Origin: Ginglymostoma cirratum
Lineage: Eukaryota
Length of the DNA: 64,000 bases
NCBI GenBank assembly: GCA_024137785.1
Contig: JAHRHZ010000018.1
Coordinates: 14,235,479-14,299,478, forward strand
Direction: 5' to 3'
The position numbers and the translations under genes were made by a program. Shown one piece after another: positions 24,361 through 37,800 of this stretch. Under the pieces are notes generated by a model. The model saw only the letters and a list, made by a program, of their open reading frames with translations. It had not been told where the DNA came from and ran no database searches. Numbering within the stretch: the first letter of the stretch is position 1; each line of letters begins with the position of its first letter.

Positions 24361-26869
24361 ATTTTCAAACATCTCTTGAAAATCACAAGGACTTGCATTT
24401 GTGGGCGTCTTGTGGAGATATAAAGTCTGCTTCGTATCTGACATTTCTGCCATTCAGATGTCCGAAGTAAGTTTCCAGATGGAATGGAAATAGCAGGAAA
24501 TAATCTTGGATACATTTTAAGTCGCCATGGGATTCAAAAACAGAAGTTGCTTGATGAGTGGTTTTCAAAAATTTATTATATAACCAGAGAGCAACAAAGC
24601 TGCAAGCAGACGATACTAGCCTGGGGAAGAGTGGAATTCCTTCCATGCCCACACTGACGTCACATATTCTGCTTATGCTATATAGTTTCATGGAGGAAGT
24701 TATAATATTTACCACAAAGGAATTTGCAAAAATCATTTGTGCAGTTGAAGAACAAATCGAATGGCTAGAAATCTACAATCTCAATGAAGTTCATCTAAGT
24801 TTTCTACGATATTGTTACACTAACTGAAATAAATTCTGAATTCACTAAATCACACAACACTGCAGAAGTGTTGGCCTATGAGCTCTAAAGAAGTAACCAT
24901 TCAGATTTGCAAAGTTAGCTCTGCTTTTCTCTCACCAAAGATGCTGCCAGACTTGTCGAGTTTTTCCAACTCTTTCTACTTATTTCTTCAATCTCTAGCA
25001 TCTGTAATATTTTGCTTTTCTTTTATTAAAGGTGGCCATTTGGCCTGTCATGTCTGTACTGCCCCTTGGAAGATATTCCCAGTTAGTCCCACATCCTTGC
25101 TGTTTCTCCATAGCCATGTAACTCCTTATTTTCCCCTCATCCTCTGACACTTTTGCCCAATGAGCTCAAATCTTGATCTTCAGCCTGCGTGTTCTAGTTA
25201 CTGACCCTCCTGCCAGATATTCCTGCTGCAAACCTTCGTCTTTTCAGAAACTCGACCTCCTGAGGAGCACTCACCCTGGTATCAGAGGGAATGAGTGAAT
25301 AAACACGGAAAGTAAGGACGAGCTGAAAGCCAGAGGCTCAATCCATTCCCACATGACCAAGAAACAAAAAATGCTGCTGCCTAGACTGCTTCCATTGCTA
25401 ACAAGTTAAATAAAGACACAGTTATTTATGGTTGCCAAACATCAACAAGTTACCACATGTTGTTACGCATTTGGCACGGCAGTTAAGTCGTTACCGCTGA
25501 TATCAACTTTAGAAGCAGTTCTGTTTATTCCTCTGATCGGGTTTAGGTGGGAAGAGATCTGATCAAATACAAAACAGTTTTCATAACAGAGAAAGATTTA
25601 GCTAATGGAAAACTATCAACATCAGGGACAAAGATCTTACGATCAAAAAAAGAGTGAGAGAAATCCCAAATTCTTTTAAATTGAGAAAGGCTTCAAAACA
25701 GGTTACATCTTGAAAGTAAAGTGAAGAAGTCTCACTAGATAATCATTTATGATGCTAAATTCTTCTGCTTACCTGTTAATTCCTCAGTCTGTCCTTACTT
25801 TATCTTCTGCTATCTCTTGCCTCCCCACACCATCCCTAATACAGAAATCAGAGGCTGCTCGCAACACATTCTTAACACTGCTTTGGAAGCAATCTGTATA
25901 AAGACCACTGGGTTGACTCCTAATCTTTTGCTCCTCTGAATATAGACAGGTTTTTGCACTACGCAGGCAACTGTTCTCTTTCAATTCCAGCGTAGCCACC
26001 CGCTCCACCCCACGACTTTGTGTGGAAGCTTGCTCTGCGAGGTAACACCAGCACAAATTGGTGTTCCACTGTCTATGACCCAACATGTCATCCCAGCAAC
26101 CCACTAAGCCATCATACGAGCTATTCTATTCACCGCATTAAGAACAAGGCACTCATCACAAAATGTGACCCTCATTTTACCCTCAATCTGAATAGAAAAT
26201 ACTTAATAAACATGAACCAGTGTCTTCACTGACTCTCACATCTACTGGAGTACAGTCAACTCAGTTTTGTGCCTTGTCAAACAAAACAGATTTGCCATTA
26301 AGCTTAGCAAATAGATTCTAGGGTCAATACATATACTTCATAACTACAATAATTCCCTTCAAGACAATCACCGGATTTTAGGATGGTCAAAGGCATGTGA
26401 TGAGATGCTGTTAGTCAATTACTTTCTGTTCAATATGGCTGCCAACTACAATAATGGCGACAATTAGTTGTCTTAAACAGCCCATTGCACTGGCTCACAT
26501 TTAACCTGAATACCTCACACAAATCATAGGAATATAGAATGATACTGCACAGAAGGAGGCCACTCAGCCTACCATGCCTATAGTAGCTCTTGTGGAGTCC
26601 TACTCCTTGAATTTTCATCATGGCGGTGTAAATGTTTCCCCTTTAAGCATTCATCCAATTCCCTTTTGAATGCTATGACTGAATATACTTCTAATTGTTG
26701 TAACTCACTGTGTAAAACACATTCTCATTTCCCTATTTATTAATTTGTCAACTATTATAAATCTGTGATCGTTGAGTGTTTTCCTTTTCACAGGAGAACA
26801 AGCAGTTCTCAGGCTGATCCGAAGGGGCAGCGTCAGCTGAACTGACTGGAAATCCTCTGGATCATATGC

Positions 26870-27690
26870 AAATCTTCTCCATTTAAAAACTGGAAAGACT
26901 GAAGTCATTGTCCCTGCCTCTTAGCTAACCAATTCCTTCTGTTTCCCAGGCAACAACCAAAGATTTGGCCAGTCTCTTCACAGTGATGATGTCACATTTG
27001 ATTCCAAGTTGAGCTCCCAAACTCATATCCATAATTATCACTGTGACTGTGTACTCCCACCTCCATAACACAACCCAATCTCCACCCTTATCCCAGCTCA
27101 CCTGCTGTTGAAATCCTCAAGCATACCTCTGTTATCTCTAGAATTGGCCATTCCAATGTACTCCTGGTTTGTTTCCCATATTCCACCCTCTGTAAACTTC
27201 AAGTCTTCTAAAACTTTACTGCCCTTATCCCAACTCACAGCCAGTCCCATTCTCCTACCACCCCTTAATGGCCTACGCTGGTTCCTGGTCAAGCAATGCC
27301 TTGCCTTTCCAATTCCAATCATGTTTCCACATCCCTTTGTGGCCTTGTCTCTCCTTAACTCTGCAATCCCCTCCTCTCTCAAAACCTCTGAGATATCTGA
27401 ACTCCTCTAATTCTGGCATCTTGTGCATTTCCAAATGGAATTGCTTCACCTTTGGTGGCCATGTCTTCAGCTGCATAGGCCTCAGCTTCTGGAACTCGCC
27501 CCTCCAAATCTTTCTGCTACTTTACCTCACTTGCCTCCTTTAAGACACTCCTTAAAACAAGAACCTTTGAACAATCTTTGGTTATCTGACCCAATATCCC
27601 ATGTAGCTTGATGTCATGCTTTATAATGTTCCTGGGAGGTGCCTCGAGACATTTCAGAATGTTAAAGGCGCTATATAAACACAAGATGCT
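26870..27690 (+). mobile_element. L2-type LINE 3' fragment
   Basis: ttctggaactcgcccc...tttaagacactccttaaaac and aaaggcgctatataaa terminus typical of L2; minus-strand relatives at 32636-33060 and 39770-40140. Confidence 0.7.
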
Positions 27691-30689
27691 GCTGTACATT
27701 ACAGAACACAGGGAGCACAGACATGAATAGACACCTATGGTAGCTTACTCCACAGGCCATATTTTGCGATGGGTAACAATATACCATCCTTCGTCAGACA
27801 TAAAGGAAAAGGGGAGGGAAATCAGAAATGTGCTAAAGCGAAAGTACTCCCAAGACTTAACTTGATCCTAAGATAATAGAAACTAAACAGCTCCACAGCA
27901 GTGCGATCAAATTTCATTCACTAATTAATTCAGAGAAGGTACTTTCTTGCTTTGCCAAGTTGAAAAGCAATGTCACCAAAACATGTGCTGGGGAGACACT
28001 GTAATAAGTGAACTTTGCAATTTTAATTCTCAAACTCATTTTCTCTGTTTATTACCATCAGTTGTCCACCTCTACCTAAGGCAATTTGTTTTGTGTTTCA
28101 AAGGCAAGGGTTCAAATGGCAATTTTTGACAAGTGCCAGCAATTCAGTTACCTGCATTTTTACCCAAAATTACGCCAATCTCCAAGTCTTTAGATTGTCT
28201 GCCCAGAATGGACAACAGGCCTACATAATGCTAATGGAAGAAGGACAATGGCACTTTTTGAAACAAAAATCTTCCAGACGGGAGATGCCAATGGACAAAT
28301 CAAGCATTAGTGTATGATCCAGCCCCTTCACTTGAAACCCAGCCTTTTTTTGAATGAGAAATTGAAATACAAAATCCATCTGTCTTTAGTGGAATCAGTT
28401 ACTCCTACATGTGTATCATTTCAAGCTTTCCCCTCTAAATCTATTCATTATAGCGTACTTTTCAACCTTATTTGGATGTTAACCTTTCAAAGCCATTTAC
28501 ATTGGCTGAAGCAATGAGTCAGACAGTACACAGTAGGTGGGGTTTCAGATTTATATTTCACTGGGATAATGTAACTGCATGTTTTATGAATGACATCACC
28601 CTATTCTCAGTGTGCAGGTTTAGATCCCTGACCATAAGTGAAATAGCCAGCTTTTTATGATGTTGGCTGAGGGATAGATGTTAGACTGGTGCACTGGTGA
28701 TAACTGACCTGTTCTTCTTCAGAACAGCACCCACTTGAACGGATGTCAGTTTCACATCTCATCTGAAAGGTGGGCATTTCCAGCCCTGCAGCACTCCATT
28801 GAAATTTCAGCCTTGATTGCCGTGTTGCAAGGGCTGGAGTGGGATTTGAACACACAACTCCCTGCCTTAAAGGCAGGAACGGTACCAATTGAAACACAGC
28901 TGGCATTATCGCTGCACAGGTTTAATTTGACATCAATAAAATGGGTAGTATTTTAGATACAATATCTGGCTCACATCCAACACCGGATCCTCGTGAAAAC
29001 TGTGGTGTAAGAAATGAGTGCATTGTAAATAACAAGCTTTAAATCTAAAGGGCTGCTCATTTATTATTGAATGTCTAAGGGAGTTTGGGATATCACAATT
29101 GTTATTAGTCTTGGCCACATGCACACTGATATTCTGAAAGACAAATAGAGGTATTGTCTACAGCTTTTCAAGCCTGACTTAAGGAATATTGCATTCTTTA
29201 TCTGTATTCATTTTACCTTCAGGTCACTCGGACATAGTAAATTAAACCTCTTTATATTAAGCAAATTTATTGCTTTGTAAAAAATGTTCACTTCTTTCCT
29301 CTGTGACTGACATATCATCACAAAGTCATCAGCTCATCAAAAGAGTACAGTCGAGTTGTCATCATGTCTTCGAGTTCCTGAATTACTCACTAAGAACGCC
29401 ACCTAGTGGTAACTTAATTCACGCTCCTGTTTTCTATCATTTACCTATCTGCTATTTATAAAATAATTGTCCCCGGCTTAAACGTTGTGCATTCCCTTAA
29501 AAGTTCAGCCGTGAGCACAACGGTGTTTTGAAATGTACAGCTGGCTAACAATTAAATCTTTTGATTTTTATCCTGTGAAGTTACCCAGTTGTTATTTGAG
29601 AATAAAAACATGATTTATTAATTGGAAAGAAACACCTATTACATTCAAAGACTTGTCATGGCAACATTATGCACACAAATGTATGATCTACCACACGGGG
29701 TGAGGAGGAGAAGGTGAAGTTGGTCTGCACAAAATAGGTGACAGTAAATTGGCAGCTCGTTTCCCAATTAAAACTGGGCAGGGTATAAAAACAGACTGCT
29801 AACACCTGGAACTAACGTCACTTGCAGTGCTCTCAGTCACACAAGGTGAGGGCTCAACTCCACTCGGTGTTGATAAAGCTTGAAAAGTACCTGATAAAGG
29901 TGGCTTTAAAATACAGCAGCCTATCTCACAGGGCAGAAGATGGAGGCTCAAGGGTGGGCCTAAATGCAAAGTCAGGCCCCACTGGAATAAATCCAGGGAG
30001 CTGCACAAGACACTGGGCTCCTCACGGTGTATAATGACCTGCGCCTGGGAAATTTGTCGGGGTCAGCCCACAAATTTATTTGGGAGTTGAGAGTGTTAAG
30101 GCCACAAAATTTGCAGTCTTCAGCAGAGTCAGCAAAGGCCAGTAGCATGAAGACAGGAAGGGCACTCCTGGCTCCACAGTAAGTCAAAAAAATACCCTCC
30201 ATCCAGCAGTCTCTTTAATGATCGGTACTTAGACCTTTGTACAACATGAGAGACTAGTTGCAGCTTGAGTAGTGCAAGCTCTGACCAGTTTAAATGAATT
30301 TCCAGGAAATAGGGGCAGGACCCTCATTTCAGCACTGAAATGAGGCCCATGCTTATTGAGGTGGCCTGTGCAAATTAGGTGTGAGGCAAACACACTCTTA
30401 AATCTTTCAGCATTGCACCAATTTTCTGCACATAAAATGGCACAATAATAGTGAACTTTGGACCTGGCAGACATTACTAAGCAAGGGAGTCAATAAGGAA
30501 TCTTTTTACCTTCACTGCTCCAGCACAATAGATTAAAGGAATTTTGTTGCCATCTAAGCAATTTATGGTGATCTTAGTTTGAAGAATTTAACCTGTAGGA
30601 ATTGTTATATCTGTTACCTAAGCCTTTATGTTGGGCATATTTTAATTTGAAGCCACTGTTGTTGCTGGGACGATTATTGATATTGTAAA

Positions 30690-30942
30690 CAAAGAGTTGA
30701 GTCAAAGATTGACAGAGACATTGTCAGAGATAGTGACACAGAAAGAGACGTGCACACAGACACAGAGAATGAAATAGACAAGAAACAAAGAATTGGAGTC
30801 AGAGGGGGACAGAGAGAGATTAACACAGCCTGTGAGAGAGACATACGAACAAAAAGAGACAGAGAAGCAGAGATTGACCAAAAGAGAGAAATATATTGAA
30901 ACATGGAGACATATAGAGAGGGACAAAGTCAGAGACAGAGGA
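30690..30942. repeat. Degenerate (AG/AC)n purine-rich low-complexity tract
   Basis: gagacagagag-type repeats. Confidence 0.8.
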
Positions 30943-33749
30943 ACATGCATTTATTTAACCTCTTTCATGTCATTTGAGCATCTAAAGAAGCCGCACATAC
31001 ACTAATATCATTTACTAGTTAAGTATGTTGTTATTTTACTGCTACATCATCTAATTCTCTTAGTTCAGCCCTCTTCTTAAACACAATATTCATTATTGAT
31101 ATCAATTTGAACTGTGTCTATAATAACAGGTTAATTTTACAGAGGTCAGCTCCTGCCAGGGAGTCTCATTCACTGGGAGTGCACTTTGAGGTACAGTGGG
31201 CTCACCCTCCCCACAATGTTTCTTCTGTCACTGCTGACAGGTAGAAACATCATTGGGACCGACCCTGAGATGCCCTCTCACCTCAGGAATGAATCAAACC
31301 AATTTGCCCTATTAGTGAAGGATTTGTGAGCCATTGTACACAGTAGAATCATCAGGATCGGAACCCTTAGTTCACAAAACCTGTAGATTGTTACTGGGTA
31401 ACTACATGTAAAGGGCTGGGAGTTTCAGGGAGTCACACCAATGTTACAATTGACCCGATAATTATTCCTGAGACCTCAACCAGAGAGTGTGGGGACTGTA
31501 GAACCAGCATTGCATCCTATGTCATCATTCTGCCAACTGCTTAGATTAAAATCATCCCCCCATGTAACAAGTCAGCCAGTGTGAATGTCCCCAACTGAGC
31601 AACTGGATGGCTGGTAATGACCAACATGACAAATGTGGGCGTTCAATGGAAAAGAAACTTTAGAATGAAAGTAGCACCCAGTGACCTCCACAGGATTACA
31701 GAAAAGGAGAATGGATGTGTGAATGTGATTTCCATCACACCAGTTTAAAGATTCAGAAAACTTTCACTGCTGCACTCTTGAGTTCGGGATATGATGGTGG
31801 TGGGGTTGGGATTGGGGGTGTGGAGGGGATGTCATTGACAAGCTAACAGATCGTGTGCAGCAGCCCTTCTCGATGCTTTTTGTTCACTTGTCATTCCACG
31901 CAGGTTCCTATCACTTTTGATCAGCCGGCGTCTTGCTGAGTGAACGTGACCTCCCTTCTCCTGGAACCTGAAAGTCACTCCCTTTGGCATTTCACAAAGC
32001 AACTGGCAGCGTCTGGGCTCGAGTACAGCAACACTGATACAGGAGCCAAGTGTGGCAGGAGAATGTAAGGAGGGGCACTTTGGAGCCTGAGCCTGTTACT
32101 TTTGTTCAGATGGTGACACAGGGCAGGTTAATACCCCCTTCTGTGGTCAGTATGTTGGCCAGGGTGGGGCACTTAATTAGGTGAGAACTTTGTCACATTC
32201 CCATTTCCGCACTGCTGAGGTACATGACAGGAAGTCCTCTGGACAGCCTTCCCACCCTGCCACCAACAGACACCATTAAGCGGGCAATTAATGCCCCTTT
32301 AAGGGTCTCACCCCACTACTGCTGGAATTAGTCCAGGAGTGGACAGGAGCTTTGCCATGCAGGCAACACGACAAGAAACCTTTTGTGGGGAGCATGAGGC
32401 AAAGGCAACTTTGTTGTTTAAAGGGACTCAGTTCCGGAGCGAAGGACCTGACATTCGGATGATGGGTGGTCCTGTTGTGAGCTTCATTCCCTGCCCTGCT
32501 GCTGACCACCCTCCCCTGACCACACCCTGCAACCCTCCTCCACCATTCAGGTATTGTGGCTTTACCCCAACAGTGAGTTCCCCATCACCTCAATTATGTA
32601 CCACCTAGGGAGTCTGGGTCTGTTGCCATTACAACAAGTTGCGTTTACATAACAATTTAGGATTGTAAACCTCCAAAGCCACTTCATCACAATTTTACCA
32701 AACAACATTTGATGTAGATGATGTCCTGTCACAAGAGCAAAGACTTGGTCAAGGAGGGAGGTTTTAAAGAAGTGTCTTAAAGGAGGAAGGCAAGGTAGGG
32801 AGGCAAAGAGGTTTAGGAAGGGAATTCCAGAATGTAAGCCTCAGGCACCTTCTGCACCAGCATCAATGAAAGTTGCGAGTGCTCAAGTGCCCAGAATTAG
32901 AGAAGCCTGTTTGTCAGAGGGTTACACAGATAAGGAGGGGTAAGGCCATTGACATATTTGAAGTCTTGAATGAGGATTTCAAATCAAAGTGGAAGTCAAA
33001 AGGAGTTAGCAAACACAAAGATGATGGGTGAATGGAATTTGATATAAATTAAGATGTGGGTAGATATTGGCTATAGCTATACTGTGGCCACAAAGTAGAA
33101 GCTAGGAACTCTGAGATTAATTCAAAGCTTCACTCCCTAATGCATGGCTACCATCTACAAGAGACAAGTCAACAGTGTTTTGAAATATCTCCACTTACCT
33201 GGACAAGCAATGCTCAAGAAGAGACAAAGCTGCCTGCTTGTTTGGCAACGCATCCATTATCTTTAGCATTCACTCCCTCCAGCACTGATACACAGTGGCA
33301 ATAGCATGCATATCACCAACAAGATGCACTGCAGCAACTCACAAAGTCCCTTTGGACAGCACCTTCCAAACTCACAACCTCTACCAACTAGAAAGACCAC
33401 AGCCGCAGGTATAAGGGAATACCACTTCTACAAGTGCCCCTCCAAGCTACGCACCTTCCTGACTGGGACTATACTGCCGTTCCTTAACTGTTGATGGGTC
33501 AAAATCCTGGAACTCCTTCCGTACCAGTGCTGTGAATGTCCCCATTCCTCAAGGACTGCAGCAGTTCAAGAGGGCAGCTCACCATGATCTTCAGAAAGGG
33601 CCATTAGGGACATGCAATAAATACTAAGCCAGGCAGTGAAGCTCACATCCTGTGGGATGAGGTTAAATATCGGAAGGAGGAACAATGGGCAGCTGGCCAG
33701 CAGTGTGTTGGAACAGTCAGGTCTAGCGAAAACAATGAAATTTTCAGCA

Positions 33750-33845
33750 ATAACAAGCATGGGGCTGGATGAACACAGCAGGTCAAGCAGCATCATAGGA
33801 GCAGGAAAACTTGACGTTTCGGGCCTAAACCCTTCATCAGAAATG
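33750..33845 (-). mobile_element. PLE terminal fragment with intact minimal hammerhead, sense to the LTBP1 pre-mRNA
   Basis: Minus strand ttt-CTGATGA-AGGGTTTAGGCCC-GAAAC-GTC-aag (33840-33813); 93/93 identical to the reverse complement of 10-102. Confidence 0.85.
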
Positions 33846-34073
33846 TTTTGGGGTTCCACCAGCTGAGGCAGGGGAGGGAATGACAAAGGGATAATTGACT
33901 GGTGGAAACCAACAGCATGGTGACATGGGGTCATGGCCTGTCACGACAGCTCACGGGGTGATTTGGTGCCGATATCACTATTGTCTGGTGATTCTCCAGA
34001 TTTAAGATCTCCGAACAAAGCTCAACTTGCCAGCACGAGAAGGACGTTTTGTCATGCAATACGGATCACTTAC

Positions 34074-34144
34074 GCTTGGTGCATCTTTGAGAACCAGGAG
34101 CTTGGGCCCATCCATGACAGCACTGACCGCCACAAACATTAACT
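34074..34144 (-). CDS. LTBP1: LTBP1 exon 2 (71 bp; (G)VNVCGGQCCHGWAQAPGSQRCTK(P))
   Basis: ttgcag|A GTT AAT GTT TGT...ACC AAG C|gtaag; phases fit exons 1 and 3; near-identical to human VNVCGGRCCHGWSKAPGSQRCTKP. Confidence 0.93.
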
Positions 34145-35611
34145 CTGCAAATCATGAAATGACACATTTACTGCACAGAAGAGGAAGATGTAGACTAATA
34201 AAATATATATCCGACTGTAAACTATCCATCAAGCTATCCTGTAAAAAAAAAGTCTGCTCATCTGTTCAATACCTGCACTCAACTGTCGAAGTGAGTGAAA
34301 GAAGAAAATGAAAAACAGTTTCCAGTTTTAAAACAAACACACTCATGAACATTTGTTCCAAAGTTGCTAAGATTCTATTAAAATATTGACAGGAAACTGT
34401 TTCTGTGTTTTAAGGGAGTGGGGGAAGCCATTTATCACGAGTGAAACAGGAGTTCAGTGCTGACTCTGCTTAGCTACAGTTGATCAGTTGGAGCGAGAGT
34501 TGACCCAGGCTTGGCAAACAATAACTTCAGTCCCAGCTTCTCAGTGATATAAAACCCAAGCTCAAGATTTCTCTCTCGTAAACAACTCGCCAAGCCTCCT
34601 TTGACAGCACCTTCCAAACTTGTAGCCTCCCCCTCCCTCGAAGGACAAGGACAGCGGAACATGGGAACACCCGCAAATTCCCCCTCAAGCCACAGATCAG
34701 TCTGACATGGAATTATATTCTTCGTTGTATCAAAACCTGTATCAAATCTTGGAAGTTTGACTCACTAGCAGCACTAGTAGGTGCACCTACATCACAAGAA
34801 CTACGGCAGTTCAACAAGGCAGATCACCACCGCCTTCTTGAGGGGCAGTCAAGGATGGCCAGTGACTGCAGACACAGCTGACATCCTGTGACGGAATAAA
34901 ATTAATTCCTAGGGTCAAGATTCTTAGCAGTAAAATACAACCTGTCAAAAGCTTCTACCCAGCCACAAAGGAAATATTGCCCAGAATAACAATGGGCCCC
35001 TTCTTGGAATGAAGGTGCCTCCTCTCTCTTTTTCAAAGAGATCGTGTTCTCAGGGTTTATGCGCAAACATTAGCGATGGTTTGGTACCCATGAGAAAACG
35101 TCTCCTACGCATGGCAGACAGCACCATAGTCACCTGAGTCCCCTGCTGTGTGCAGAGAGCTGCGGGCATGGATTCAAGCTGGAATCACTTTTTTTAAAAC
35201 AGGAAGAAAGTAATTCAGGAGTTTTTGCAACTTCACTGCTGTCAGGATCTTCCCTGCATTACAGCACATCGCTGTCCTTAAGTGAATTTTGTTTCTGTTT
35301 TAAAGTTTCATGGCAGGTACCTTCTTGCTACCTAGCATATTGTAAATAATAAAGACAATCATTAGTTATATTGTACAGATAAACAAAATAAAATGATATT
35401 GGAAGTGCTTGATATTATAAAGGGTATAAACTTATCCTATTTATCTTGAAGGGGATTAAACTGAAATATTAGGAGGTGTCAAATAGAAATATTTCTTTGG
35501 TGATGTTATGTGGGTGAGACTTTAAGTGATATCCAGAAATGGGCTAGAAGGTCATGGGGAGGGATACAGCCAGCAATGATCTGGCGCAAAGTTCAAGGGA
35601 GATCTCCTTAC

Positions 35612-35994
35612 CCGTTAAGTTGTTTTTGGTAGTGCACAGGGTGTCTAATGGACTGCTGCTGGTAGTACTGGTGTGGATGGAACTGAGCGATCTGCTGCTG
35701 GACTTGCGGGCTCGCCTTGCCCATCCGCCGGGTCCTGACCTGAGGCGAGCTCCTCCTGTAAGTGGTTTTCACCTCCAGTACTGGAGCCGAGCCCTGAGCC
35801 CTGGCTGTGTAAGAGGAGGGAGCGCCGTGCCTGGTGCCGAAAGCAGACACACTAGCCCGGCCGCTCGCCGGGTGACGCTTGCCCGAGTGAAGCACGTAAG
35901 TGATCCTCCTGAGATTCCTCTTCTCAGGACAGACTTGGTGCGGCTGAAAGACCGAGAGCAGCCACAGCAAAACGCTGTACCTCACCCACTCCAT
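35612..35994 (-). CDS. LTBP1: LTBP1 long isoform, coding exon 1 (signal peptide and N-terminal extension)
   Basis: ATG in strong context (aacATGG); hydrophobic signal peptide MEWVRYSVLLWLLSVF; LRRITYVLH matches human LTBP1 LRRITYVVH; RTRR motif; ends KQLN-GG|gtaagg (phase 2), like human KQQLQG. Paralog identity not tested. Confidence 0.88.
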
Positions 35995-36359
35995 GTTGAT
36001 AAAAGCTTGTTCCTTAAGAAAGAGGACTCCGCTCCAGTCAAAACGTATTCCTCTGCAGTGCCTTTTAACAGAGTGAACTGGCCCCCTTCTCTCGGTGGAT
36101 TTCTAAAGGCGGCTTGTTATATATATAAATATATATTATCTTTATATATAGAACAAAACAAAATCGCTGGTTGCCAGATGTCTCCAGCAACAGATAATTT
36201 TACAAATTAAGAAAAATATAGCTGAAAGGGAAACAGCACAAATAAATAAGAGAGAAACACATTCACACACACACACACACTCTGGAGCAGATGTTAGATG
36301 GTATCGCGATGGTTGTAAAATATCTTAGTTTGAACAGATTGAAAGTCTTTAAAAAGTTT

Positions 36360-36435
36360 TTTTTGGGGGGGAAGGGGAGGGAGTTTCGAGTCACAGTCCT
36401 ACCATCCAATCTCAAGCAGACATGACGTCAGGCTC
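36360..36435 (-). promoter_or_regulatory. Candidate LTBP1-long proximal promoter
   Basis: About 400 bp upstream of the ATG: G-rich box 36365-36381, CCAAT 36406-36410, CAGAC 36417-36421, perfect CRE TGACGTCA 36423-36430. TSS not determinable. Confidence 0.45.
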
Positions 36436-36486
36436 AAAGAGGATCTGGAGTTAGAACTGCCTTTTTCCACAGAATTGGGAGAAAGA

Positions 36487-37800
36487 CGCACAGACACACA
36501 TGCATACAAACACAGAGATACACAGGCACACATACATACAGACATAGACACACAAACACGCAGACGCACATAGAACCACATGGAGACACAGAAAGATTCA
36601 TGCAGACATACACATAGGGACACACAAATAGATACATACAGGCACGCACATAGAGACACAAACAGACACAGATATAGACACAAAAACGTAGACAGATACA
36701 CACATAGAGATGTACATTATACACAAATATAGTGTATTAGTGTAATACGCGCAAATATGGACACATAAACGCAAACAATACACAAACAGGCACATTAGAC
36801 AAACACAAACAATACGCAAAGATATAAACACATATACAAAGACACTTAACAGAGACAAACATCTACACGTACACATACAAACAGATACAATACACAAAAG
36901 CAGACACATACAAATAGATATATAAACACACATAGACAGGTTTACAAATGCTTACATGTATAGACAAACACAAGCAGACACATATACAAACGCATACGTA
37001 GACACAAACAATACACAAACAATACATACAGATAAATGCACATACAAGCATAAACATAGACACCCACACAAGATGCACATACAAACACACCAAAACAAAC
37101 TTACAGATGCATGAACATATGGACAAACACATGCAGACAAATATAAATACCCACAGACACATATAAATATACATTCATGGGCAAACACACATATACACAT
37201 ACACTCACAGATATAGACAAACACATATACAGACAAATGGCATATGCATGCACATACAAATGCACCTATACACATACAAATGTACACACATTGACATATA
37301 TATATAAACATACACACACATATACAAATACAGGGGTCCCTGATTTATGAATGTCCAACTTGTGAATGCTAATACTTAAGAATGTGACTCCATGCAAGGG
37401 TGTATTTTTAAATCCTGACACATGAATATTCCTGTACTTATGAACGACTGCTTTATATTGTCCTGCATTGTGCTCTGTCTTGCACACAAATTGACTTGGG
37501 ATCCAACTCAGGAACAAAATTCATTTGCAACCCAGGGACTGCCTGTACACACACATAAACACAAAAACACTTGCATGGACATCCAGCCATTCACACACAC
37601 ACACACATCCATGTATGCAGACATTCATATGTATACAAATGTATGCATACATTGTTCTGCACATACATGTAGACATAGTCAAATGCAAATACATACATAT
37701 CCAGACCCATAGATATGTACTCATACATACACACACACAAGGACATATAAGCATATACATTTAGACATACACATATTTGCACACATACACTCATGCACAT
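36487..37800. repeat. About 1.3-kb degenerate (CA/TA)n tract upstream of LTBP1
   Basis: acacacata/catacac low-complexity sequence; source of many spurious C/V/Y/M-rich ORFs; short (CA)n also at about 36256-36281. Confidence 0.9.
37331..37545. mobile_element. Tigger/pogo-like MITE
   Basis: TA|CAGGGGTCCCTG...CAGGGACTGCCTG|TA imperfect TIRs with TA TSD. Confidence 0.75.

Noticed and set aside
32120-32600. GC-rich palindromic repeat, possibly a Harbinger-type MITE (also about 29700-30030, 56725-56870, 62880-63310)
   Set aside because: Too decayed to define TIRs or TSDs; probably repeats but not classifiable by eye.
35554-36210. 218-aa plus-strand ORF
   Set aside because: Antisense shadow of the GC-rich LTBP1 exon 1; no recognisable domain.
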